Shown here: positions 6,792 through 18,200 of the stretch, one piece after another
Position numbering within the stretch: position 1 is the stretch's first letter
How the letters are laid out: every line of letters starts with the position of its first letter
Source: a virus
Taxonomy: Duplodnaviria; Caudoviricetes
Virus record (IMG/VR): IMGVR_UViG_3300037991_004931
Coordinates: 1 to 28,761 of that record
Direction: 5' to 3' (one strand)
DNA: 28,761 nt
Made by a program: the position numbers and the translations under genes
Notes under the pieces: model-generated
Databases searched by the model: none
What the model saw: only the letters and a program-made list of their open reading frames with translations
What the model was told of the DNA's origin: nothing

Positions 6792-6799
6792 CATATATA
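6792..6799 (+). promoter_or_regulatory. Putative variant late promoter (CATATATA) for the gp25-gp6-gp7 unit
   Basis: Intergenic, 24 nt before the gp25 start. Identical to 220-227. Confidence 0.45.
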
Positions 6800-6823
6800 G
6801 TATGATAGATACTGATTAAAGCC

Positions 6824-7273
6824 TTGTCTTTCAGCGTTTCACGATCAACAGCTCCAACACAAATAGTTGACAGTGCTCTGGGTAAAACATCCAGAGCTTT
6901 TAAGGACATCAGTTTGACGTTCTCTAAAAACCCTGTCACTAAGGACCTTGTTGTACTTAAAAATGAAGAAGCAATCAAACAAGCAGTAAAGAACCTAGTT
7001 CTTACGCAAGTTGGCGAAAGATTCTTTAATCCTTATTTGGGAACCAATACTACATCATACTTATTTGAATTATCTACTAGTTTTGCTGAAAATGCTCTAA
7101 TTCAGGAAATTGAGAGCGTTCTGCAAACAAATGAACCTAGAATCAATCTATCCAACATCTCAGTAGATGCGGATGAAGATATGAATTCTTTTGAATGCTT
7201 TATTGAATATTTTATTGTTGGAATTCCCGAAGCACTGCAAACCGTAGATTTTATCCTCGTAAGAGAAAGTTAA
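6824..7273 (+). CDS. gp25: Baseplate wedge subunit gp25
   Basis: FKDISLTF..NPVTKD...KNEEAIKQAVKNLVLT..GERFFNP.LG...LFE...EPRI are gp25/GPW hallmarks. Immediately upstream of gp6. The TTG start is uncertain. Confidence 0.93.
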   Translation: MSFSVSRSTAPTQIVDSALGKTSRAFKDISLTFSKNPVTKDLVVLKNEEAIKQAVKNLVLTQVGERFFNPYLGTNTTSYLFELSTSFAENALIQEIESVLQTNEPRINLSNISVDADEDMNSFECFIEYFIVGIPEALQTVDFILVRES

Positions 7274-9274
7274 ATGGAATTACCAACAGTTGCCGCTTTA
7301 GAATTTGAACAATTAAGAGCGTCGATTAAAAACTATATCAAAACAAAGTCTACCTTCACAGACTACGATTTTGAAGGTTCCAACCTTTCGATGTTGGTTG
7401 ATATTCTCGCGTACAATACTTTGTACACGACGTACAACCTTAACATGGCGTCTAACGAGTTGAATCTCGATACGGCGGTACTTCGTGATAATATTGTATC
7501 GCACGCCAAAAGACTAGGATATAATCCAAATTCTTATACTTCATCTAAGGTACAGACTGATATTACTGTATCTGGATTACTTGCACTACAAGTCAATAGA
7601 ATTGGTCTTAAGTCAGGTCCAATTTTATCTACAACATTCCAGGGTAAAAATTATACTTTTGTAGCAAGAGATCCTCTTAATCTTACTGTTAGTGGTGATA
7701 CTGCAGTTTTCAGAGATGTGGAACTATATGAAGGTACTACTTTTAGTATTAGATATACAGTAGATACTTCAAATGAAAATCAAAGATTTATTATCCCAAA
7801 TACCTACATTGATTCTGATAGTGTAAAGGTATCGGTTAAAGCAGATTCTACATCTACAACTTCCACCAACTATACTAGAAAAAATACCATTGTTGGTGTT
7901 AGTCCATCTGATACTGTTTTCTTCGTAGAAGAAATTCAAGATCAACAATATGAGATTGTATTTGGTGATGATGTAATTGGTAGAAAACTACAGAATGGTG
8001 AAATTGTCACTATTCAATATATCATTACAGCTGGCGGTGAACTTAATAATGTAAAAGAGGGTTCTCTTAAATTTGTTGGTACAGTTGAATATGTTGACTC
8101 GAATAATGTTACTGGAAAAGTAGCTTTAAGTAATATTAATTTCAGTCTTAATACTGAATCTTCTTTTGGTGGTTCTAACTTTGAAGATATTGCATCTATT
8201 AAATTTAGAGCACCCAGATATTTTGCAGCTCAAGAAAGAGCAGTGACAATTAGTGACTATGAGTCACTAATTATGCAAATTTATGGAAATGCTGATCTGG
8301 TTAAAGTTGTTGGTGGTGAACTGTTAAATCCGCCAGAATATGGAAAGGTTTTTATTACAATTAAACCAAAAGTTGGTAGTGTAGTTAGTGACACAGAAAA
8401 GGATAGAATTGTAAGAGATCTCAGAAGTTTTATTGTTGGATCTGTAACACCAGTTATCAGAGATCCTAAAAAATACACCATTAGAGTTATTCCACAACTT
8501 ACATATAATAAAAATAAAACCAGGAAGAGTCAAGCTACACTCAAGAAACTGGTTAGAGATATTGTTGTAAAATATGAAACCACCGATTTGTTTAAGAATT
8601 TTGGTGGTAAATTCTCTAATTCTTCGATTGTTGCTGATATTCAAAATATCGATAACTCAATTATTTCTTCTAATGTTAAGGTAAGAGCCTGTGTTGAAGT
8701 TGACTTAGAAATTAACAATAGAATTGAAACAAAATACGATGGTTCATTCTTTACTTCAATTAGGTCTAAGTTAGAAAGTAAATATGCTGTTGTGAGTGAT
8801 TTTTTCTGTTATCCAGGACAGAAAGATCCAGTTTTTATTGGCACGCCTTCATTTGGTGAAAATAATTGTCAAGTTGATGGTAATTTATATCTAATTGATA
8901 TTAACGGAAACCTTTTGGGAGTAGTTGGTACAATTGATTATGAAACTGGAGAATTTAGTTTTTCTGTGGCATCTTGTTCCGATGAACCAATAAATATTTG
9001 TGCGATACCTGATGATCCTAATATTGATCTGGATGATCAAACATATCCCACCATCGAAATCAATGATGTTATAGTTATTGATCCTGATGATGGTGGTGAT
9101 CCAGATCTATCACCAGAAGATGAATTGCCAGTACCTACCCCTGGCGATACAGCAGGAGATCCTGATGCAGGTGATGGTGATGGTGATACAACAGATCCAG
9201 TCACTGATGATCCTAATAATATCATTACAATTAACGACTTTACGCCAGAATCTGATCCTAATAAGTGCTCATGA
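7274..9274 (+). CDS. gp6: Baseplate wedge subunit gp6
   Basis: FTDYDFEGSNLSMLVDILAYNT, LDTAVLRDNIVSHAKRLGY, FGDDVIGRKL, AQERAVTISDY and PPEYGKVFI are T4 gp6 motifs. Confidence 0.95.
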   Translation: MELPTVAALEFEQLRASIKNYIKTKSTFTDYDFEGSNLSMLVDILAYNTLYTTYNLNMASNELNLDTAVLRDNIVSHAKRLGYNPNSYTSSKVQTDITVSGLLALQVNRIGLKSGPILSTTFQGKNYTFVARDPLNLTVSGDTAVFRDVELYEGTTFSIRYTVDTSNENQRFIIPNTYIDSDSVKVSVKADSTSTTSTNYTRKNTIVGVSPSDTVFFVEEIQDQQYEIVFGDDVIGRKLQNGEIVTIQYIITAGGELNNVKEGSLKFVGTVEYVDSNNVTGKVALSNINFSLNTESSFGGSNFEDIASIKFRAPRYFAAQERAVTISDYESLIMQIYGNADLVKVVGGELLNPPEYGKVFITIKPKVGSVVSDTEKDRIVRDLRSFIVGSVTPVIRDPKKYTIRVIPQLTYNKNKTRKSQATLKKLVRDIVVKYETTDLFKNFGGKFSNSSIVADIQNIDNSIISSNVKVRACVEVDLEINNRIETKYDGSFFTSIRSKLESKYAVVSDFFCYPGQKDPVFIGTPSFGENNCQVDGNLYLIDINGNLLGVVGTIDYETGEFSFSVASCSDEPINICAIPDDPNIDLDDQTYPTIEINDVIVIDPDDGGDPDLSPEDELPVPTPGDTAGDPDAGDGDGDTTDPVTDDPNNIITINDFTPESDPNKCS

Positions 9275-12200
9275 AAAATCTAAGGGATAAAACTGTAGAT
9301 CTATCGGTTTTAATCGAGAATCAATTCCCTCAATTTGTGAGGGAAGATGCTTCAACGTTCATAGAATTTATTAAGTCTTATTATCAGTCTCTGGAGTTAA
9401 AAAACCAGCCTCTTGACATCGCCAAGAATCTAATTGATTATTATAATGTTTCTCATTTCAGGAAACATGAACTGGTAGAGAAAACAAAGAAAAATGGTGA
9501 TTTAAATCTTACAGATACAACTGTGGTTGTAACTGACACCACAGGTTTCCCAGAAAAGGGATATCTGAAGATTAATGATGAAATCATTTACTATGGATCT
9601 AAAACTCAGAACACATTTGATAATTGTGTTAGGGGAACCTCTGCACTTGTTTTAACTAGCATTCCTTTATCCGAGATTTTACTTGAAAATAGCATTGCAG
9701 ATACTCACTTTGATGGCGATGATGTAGAAAATATTGCTTTTGGTTATACCAATGAATTTCTGCGTAGAATTAAATCTGAAATTGCTATTGGTATTCCTGA
9801 AAATCTTGTAGATGAACTAGATATTTCTAGCTTCTTATCTAGAGTCAAGTCTTTTTATGGGTCTAAGGGTAGTTTAAATTCTAACAAAATTCTTTTTAGA
9901 ATTCTGTTTAATGATAAGAAATTTAGATTCAAATTAGCAGATAGAGGAACTGGTGCAACTATTAAGATCATCAACTTTGATGGTTCTATTGGTAATGCTC
10001 AAATTACTGCGACTGGATCTGGTTATGATAATAGATTAGATGGAAATGGTAATCTAGAACATCCACCAATTATTGAAATTTTTGGTAGTGGTCAGGGTCG
10101 GCAGATTGCTAATAAAACTGCTGTTGTTGACGTAACCTCTATTAATGCGAGTGGTGGTATTCCACTCGGATCGACGATTGACCCTGCTTATACTGGTATT
10201 ACTATTACTGATGCTGGTTCCAATTATGTTGGACCAATTAGAGGTGTAATTAGAGAAAGAGATTACGGCGAAGAAGAAATAGTAACTTCCACCAATGGAA
10301 GTGGGGTTGTTGAAAGTTGGGATTTTAATACTGGTGAACTAACTCTGATTAATACAATCGGATTTTTTACTAACAACGAAGAACTGACATCTCAGTCAGG
10401 TGAAAAAGCAAATGGATCTATCAAATCTTTTGAGATTATTCCCCAGGATCCTGAAATTGAATTTCCTAAAGATTATCTCTTCAGACCATCTGAATCTAAT
10501 TTCAGAGGTAAGAAATTAGCACGATTAGAGATTACAGAAGGATCTCTAGAAGAAGATGTTAATGGTGTAATCAATCCACCAAAGCTTTTAACTTTTGTTC
10601 AGGACGATGACACTGTTTTTGGCGTCAAATCCGTACAGATTGAATCTGGTGAAATTTTAAAGGTAGATAATATTGGATTACCAACGTATGAAGTTGATAT
10701 TGAGATCAATGAAGACTACAATAGAATTTACTTACCAGCATCTACACAATTAACTCATCCATACACTAATACTGATACTGTAGTTACCGTTGACGATGCT
10801 ACTGGATTCCCAGTAACTAATGGTCAAATTTATATTGATGGACTTGTAATTGAATATAAAGAAAGAACGGTTAACCAGTTTCTTGGTTGTACCCCATTAT
10901 CATCTGGTAGCAAGATTGTAAATACTGAAGTTATTTCATATGGTAGGTATAGAACTAGAAGAGAATATGAACAGAGTGAATATGTGGAGATTGGCCAAGA
11001 AAGATATTACGGCGATAACCTTTATAGATGTAATACAGAAGGTGAAACTGCAGCTACTGGTTTCCCGACACATACATTTGGTGTCCAAAAAATTGGTAAA
11101 ATTAGATGGGAATATATTGGTACTAGTAAAGTAGATTATTTTGTTGATTGTATTGTTGGTAATCCAGAAATCACTGCAACTGGTGAACAGGGTGAACTGG
11201 AAATTGTTGTTGACAGTGCCAAAAAGTTGAGTGTTGGTCAACTTGCAGTTGGAACTGGTATTGCTGATGGTGCAAAAATCAGAACTATTGTAGGTAAAAC
11301 TGTTACTCTTTCTCTTCCAAATACATCTTTGGTTGATGGTGCAGTCAATTTTTCTAGAGCAAGAGGTAGAATTGTAGGTTTAGTTGATGAAGTAGAAATT
11401 GAATCTGCGGGTGCTTTGTTTAGTAAACAGAAGTACGAACTCGATGATAAGACTTACAATGATTACGAAGGAATTGAGTATTCTTCTTGGAATGTAAATA
11501 GCGATCATACTTTAGATGCCGATAAAGATTATGTTGGTGTTGCTGGTAGATATGCATTCAGAAATAATGTACTGAATCATGTTTATGCAGCATCTTCTGG
11601 TATTCCAGGATATCAGTTTGATGGAAGTACAAATGCTAAAAATAGAGTTCTATCAAATACTTTTGATGGATATACAAATGCGTTTACTCTCAATGGTCTT
11701 GGTTCTTCATTAAATGAAGATGACCTTTATGTGTTCAGGAATGCAGTTCTTCAAGATTCTGCTACTGACTATGATATTGTCAATAATGTCATCAGTTTTA
11801 CTAATGTACCTCTAACTCAAGAGACTATCTATCTGAGGTATTTTAGTACTGCAAGTCAGGCTACAAAACTTCAGTTTACTCTTGCTGCAGCATCTACAGA
11901 CACAATTGAATTAACTACATCATCTACAATTGATCTTACCACGGATCATTTGTTTGTGTTTTTGAATGGTGTCTTACAGATTGATGGATATACTTATAAC
12001 GATAATTCAAAAAGATTTACTTTCACAGGACAGACTATTACTGCCGCAGATGACATCATGGTCTTCTGGGTGCAACAAGCACAGCAACTTGATGCTATTA
12101 CATCCACGTCCTCTCTAACCTATACTTTGCAAGATGGTGGTAGTAATTATAGTTCTGCAACCACTGAGAGTGTGTTTGTAGCAATTAATGGTGTTGTTCA

Positions 12201-15200
12201 ACAACCAACGGTATCTTACACCATTTCTGGTTCTACTTTAACATTTAGTGAAGTAAATGCTGGAAAAACTATCACAGTTATTGATTGTGGTAATGCATTA
12301 GTTTCTGGTACTATTTCTACTCTTGCTGGCATCAACCAAGATCGAAATAATTATAAACTTCAAAAACTATTGAAGAGGATTCCTTATCCTGCAAGTATTC
12401 TGAATAAGAATATTCTTAGAACTTCTAAGTCTCTTTCTCCTGTAAAAACGGATAAAGCAATTGGTATCACTGTAGATGGTATTCAATATCAAACTGTTAG
12501 TGGTAACACTGTACCTTATGGTGCCGTAAATACCCTAACTATTTCTAATGGTGGTGTATATCAAATTCCATATACATCCACATATGCTTTTGATAAGACT
12601 GGATATCCAAAGGCCATTCTGAAAAAGAATGGTTCTGAAACTGCTGATATTACTGTAACTGAGACTGTATTTGAAATTGCAGGTGGTATCGAGAAGGTAG
12701 ATATTAATAATTTTGTAACTACAAATCTAACAAATCTTCAAGGTTTTTCGACAAAACCAAAAATTCAGATTATCAATAATAATCCAGTCGTAAATAATGT
12801 TCAAAAAAATCCCGATGGATTTAAGGAAGCTGTAATTGATGTAGAATTCAAAGATGGTAATATTACCAGTTTTGTTGTTGTAGAGAAAGGTTATGGATAC
12901 ACTGAAGCACCAACCATTAGAGTTATTGGTGGTGGCAAACTGACTTCATATGATGTTCCATTTGTCAATACAGACAATGGTGATATCATTGTTACAATGT
13001 CTGGTCCTCTGATTTCTTCTAAGAGTGCATCTTCTGCGATTACTCTCACATCTCAACTAGGTACTAGTTTTGCTTATGATCCTACTGTAGAAATTAATTC
13101 TGGATCTGGTGCTGAATTGCAAGCTGTAGTTGCAAACGGTAGTATTGTAGCAGTTCAAATTTTGAATGGCGGTCAGAATTATTTCAATGAACCAAATATT
13201 ACCATAAGTGGTATGGGTAAGGATGCCGTACTAAGAGCGGTTGTTTCTGGTGGTAAAGTTACTAGTGTGACTATCGTTAATGCTGGTTCTGGTTATGTGA
13301 TTCCTCCCATGGTCCAGGTTACTGTCGGTGATTCCAACGCATTAGTTGAGTCCACTATCAACAGGTGGACGTTTAACATTGCTAATAGATTTATCACTGG
13401 TATTGATGAATTTGGTGGATATGTATTTGACGAACAAGTTGGATATAATAAAAAGGTTACTTCTTTTACCAGTAACACGTTGACACTAGAGGATGTTACT
13501 AATCTTGTCGTTGGTATGGAGGCAATCCACCCAGAACTCCCTGTTGGGACTTTTGTTGCTGGAATTAACACTGGAACTAAAGTTGTATCTCTTTCTAATG
13601 GTGGATTGACTACAATTGCTAATAATGCTTTGAATAACGCTTTAGTTACTTTTGTACAAGGTGACGACAGAGTTAGGGGTGCATTGAAAGTTGCTGAAGT
13701 TGTACCTTCCAATTTCCCTAAATCTAGACTTAAGTATCAATATCTTCAAATGACAAATACGTCTAAATTTGAGACGTATTACGGTATTACTAGTTCCACT
13801 CACTCCAAAGTTGTTGGTTGGTCTTATGACGGACATCCAATTTACTGTAAGTATGGTTACACAACAGCATTAGACAAAACATCTGGTATTAGTGAACAAA
13901 CATCTTCTTGGAGATTGTCTGGCACTCGTACTAATGGACCATCTATTAATGATTATCCATTAGGATCTTTCATTGAAGACTATGAATATGTAAAAGATCT
14001 CGGTACTCTTGATGAATTTAATGGTAGATTCTGTGTAACTCCAGAGTTCCCTGATGGTGCTTACTGTTATTTCATGGTGGATGTATTCCCTCATGTTATT
14101 GGTGTTAAGTACTTCTCAGATCCAGATGTCTATAATACTTGTCCAAATAGAGATAATGATGCAGTTCCCGAAGCATTTGCTAGAGTTAATGATGCAGATA
14201 ATGACCAATACCCAGAAGAAGTTAAGAATGTTTATAAAACCATTCTAACCACAGAATCTGCATCTGTTGGTGAAGTCGAAACAGTAATTATCGAAAAGCC
14301 AGGTGACGATTATAAAGTCGGTGACAGCTTAGTATTCAACAATGACGATACCGCTGGTTCTGGTGCTATTGCATATGTAAGTTCTCTGGACACACCACCA
14401 GTATTAAATTACACAGTTGATACTGCAAAGAAAGAAATTGAATTTACATTTACTGGTAATCATCTTCTTTCTAACTCCGATATCGTTGAAATTGAATATA
14501 GAAAAAATACTGTACCAACTGAAATTAATCTGAGTGCTATTGGAACAGTTCCAACTGTTGTTAATAACAAACAGGTGTTCCCAGTAACTTTAGAAAGTCA
14601 TAAGGTTTACAAGTTAAAGTTTGCTAGTGCTACAGATTTCAATCTTTCATTTGATATTTTAAACTTCAATCCATTCTTCCAAAGAGATTCGGTTGTTACT
14701 AATGATTCTGTTGAAATTGATCCTTCTAAGATCCCGAGTATCATTTACATTCATACTCCTACCTCAATTTATGAATTGAAGGTTGAAAAAGCAGAAATTA
14801 TTGGTAGATATGAAGTTCTTGAGTCTCAGGGTACTCAGTTTAAGATTAAAACAGAAGCAACTGTAGTTGATATCCCACAAATTGATTTCTCTATTAGATC
14901 TAGAGGTGCTACTGGACCAATCAAGACAGTTAATGTTGTAAGAGGTGGTGAGGGATATCAAATTCTACCAGAAATTACTGGTGTAACTAGTGATTCTGGT
15001 ACGGGTGCTGTTTTACTTGCAAATTCCAAATCTATTGGTAAGTTAAACAGAATTAAATACATTACTTTTGGTGATCAGTTCTATGGATCCAGAACTGTAA
15101 GAAATTATCTAAATCTTCCTATTACAGTCAGAGTAAAAGCAAACTTTGAGATTGCTTCAGCTAAAATTACTGATGGTGGACAAGGATATAATTTAAATCC

Positions 15201-18200
15201 AGTTATTAGAACAAATGGATCTGAAACAATTGCAACATATAAACCAAGATATAGTTCTGGTGAAATTGTTGATTTGGAAGTTGTAAATGGTGGTAGTGGT
15301 TTTGCTACTGCTCCTACAATCACTGTAGTAAGTCAAGATGGTGGTAGTGGTGCTGTCATCGTTCCTACGATGCGTAGAAGAACCTTAGATCTTCAAGACA
15401 CAGTAACACTTAAGAATAAGTCTGCCGGTGCAAAAATTCTATCCTGTGATGCAAAATCCTCGACGATTGAACTGTTAGTCACATCTGGTAAGTTTGAAGT
15501 TAACGATATCATTGTTTCTTCTGATGGAAGAGATTATGGAACTATCGTTGAAGTTAATAGTGCTCGTGCATATTCCAAGTCAAATTCTTTCGGTAATATT
15601 CCCGAATCATTCCTTGGGACCGTTGGATTTATTAGTGATGACTTCCAAAAAGTAGAAGATAGTATCTATTATCAAGATTTCTCTTATTCTTTAACTAACG
15701 AGAGAAACACAAGCGAGTGGAGATCTGAGGTTAATGAAAATACTCACCCAGCAGGTTTTAGACTGTTTGGTAAACATAGAATCCATAGTAGAAAGTCTCT
15801 GATTGGTAGATCTCAAAATCTGGTTAGAAGTGCTGTTACTTTCAAAACCAGTATCCAGAGTCTGTTAGACTTGAGTGTAGAAACTCCAAAGTGTAATAAA
15901 CAATATATTTGGTTTGATAATTTACCATCTCCAAATCCATATCAAATTAACGATTTAGTATTCGGTTCTCAGACTGAACACATTGGTAGAGTTATTGAAG
16001 CCGGCGAAGGTTATATTGTTGTACTTCTATTTGACGATCAAATTGTCATCAATGAATATGTAATTAACTTGATTAGAAACATTCGTACTTCTTATGTTTC
16101 TACTACTAGTAAGACTATTTTGTCTGTAAATGGTATTATTCAGTCTCCTGGTGTTTCCTATACGATTTCTGCGGATAACATTCTGCCACTATTCCCAATT
16201 TTCCCAGGAGATGAACTAACATCTCTCTTCCTGACAAATAATTTTGAAACCTTGCAAGGTTCTGGTGTCAATAACAATAACCAGATCAATCTAAGTAAAG
16301 GTGGTATTCAGTATACAGCATCTAATGCAGATAGACTTTTGGTATCACTGAATGGTGTTATTCAAAATCATGCTGATTATGAGTTGATTAATGGTGGTAC
16401 AACTCTTAGATTCCCTAATACAACTGTACAGGGAGACACCACATTTGTTCTTGATCATCCATCACTACAACCACTTACAATTACAGGATCTGCTGGTACA
16501 ACCTTTGATATTGGTGTAACACCAACGTCAAATTGTCAGTTATTGATCTTCTTTGTTGGTGTCAATCAAACTCATCTGACAACTGATTACACAGTCAGTG
16601 GTTCTACGATTACATTCCCTGTCTCTGTTGATCCGTCTGAGATCTTTGGTTGGTATATTAATGAAACTGTAGAGTGTGAAAAACCTACAATTACTGGTCT
16701 CAATCAACACCTTGCTAGAGCAAAAACTTTAGTTTGTAATCAAGAGAAGAATGTAACATTAAAAATTGAGTCTAATACTGTTAAGAAACCAAATGGATTC
16801 TTTGAACTGGATAAGGAAACTATTGATGGCACCTTGTTTGTCGATGGTACGACAGCCCACGGTTTCGGTACTAAGTTTAAGTATTCCAATCCAGAGTTCT
16901 CTTCCAGTCATGTAGAGGTTATCAATGATATTAGTTCTCAGTTTGATGGTTCTACCACAACCTTCGATCTAAAGATTAACCAAGACGATGACTACACTCC
17001 ATGGGATGGTGAAAACTCTCTCCTAGTGGAGACTTCTGGTACATATATGACAAAGAGTCAATATAGTGTTTCGGGAACTCAAATTACATTTGTAACTGCA
17101 CCCGCTTCTGGTACTCAAATGTCTATCAGAGATTTCAAGAGTGCATATGTTGCAAATGACAGCACTAAGAAGGGTGCTGAACTTGACCAGTTCAATGTAT
17201 TCAATGGTGTTAGAACCAGATTTAACACATCCGATGATGGTGTCCCTTCTACATCGTCAAATAACACCGATGTGTTCCATGTCAAGAATGGTGTTCTTGT
17301 AAGACCAGACATTCATTTGAATGCTGATGATTCTAGAACTAACGTTCAACTACAGACAGTATCCAACAATAAGATTACATTTACAACTCCTCCAGTTCTC
17401 GCTGACAGTATTAACATGTTGTCTTTCAATAGACAACTTGTTCCAAACAATCATAGAAACTGGGTACATGATAGAAATGAATTCTTCGATGGTGTCAGAA
17501 GAGAGTTTACACTACTCCATGACAACACCAATTCTGGTGCTGGTGGTAAAAAGTGTGAAGAACTAAGAGGTCAGGAACCAAGCGAAGAATCCTTAGTTGT
17601 AATTAGAAATGGTGTATATCAGTATCCTTCAATTGACTATGATTTAATTCTTGAATTGGATACGCATGATATCAATAATGGTCCATCTACTCACAGAATC
17701 GTATTTACAACTCCAACACCACCTACGGCTACAGAAGATGTATTCATTCTTTTCCATGAATATTTTGCAACTCACTTTGCAGATAGGACCGATGAGTTAA
17801 CACAAACTTCGTCTACTGTTCTTTCATATACTACTGCAGTTGCCAATCATGCAACTAAAGTTCCTTTTGTGTATGTTGACGGTGTTTATCAGGATCAAAA
17901 TTCCTATACTTGGGATGGTGCTGCAAATACACTAACATTCTCTGGTACAAATCTACCAACACTTGCAACTGATAAAGTAGAATTCCATGCTAAAACTGGT
18001 GATCTACGTCCAGAACATGTATTTGGGGACATTATCAATGCATGGTTACTTGTATTACAAAGAGGTGGTACAACTGTTAAGATTAGCACAGTAAACAACA
18101 CATTTACTGTTGGTCAAAGATCTGGTTCTACTACAATCACTGGTACTAATGTAGTTAATGTCCCACAGAGATCTGGTACGATTACAATCGCATCTCAGTT

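Noticed and set aside
8989-8996. AATAAATA inside gp6 as an internal late promoter for gp7
   Set aside because: Intragenic, about 275 nt from the next start, and expected by chance in AT-rich DNA.
9265-9270. gp7 start at 9265 (GTG) as given in the ORF track
   Set aside because: ATG 9271 forms an ATGA overlap with the gp6 stop, the same coupling seen at 28105 and 28688.
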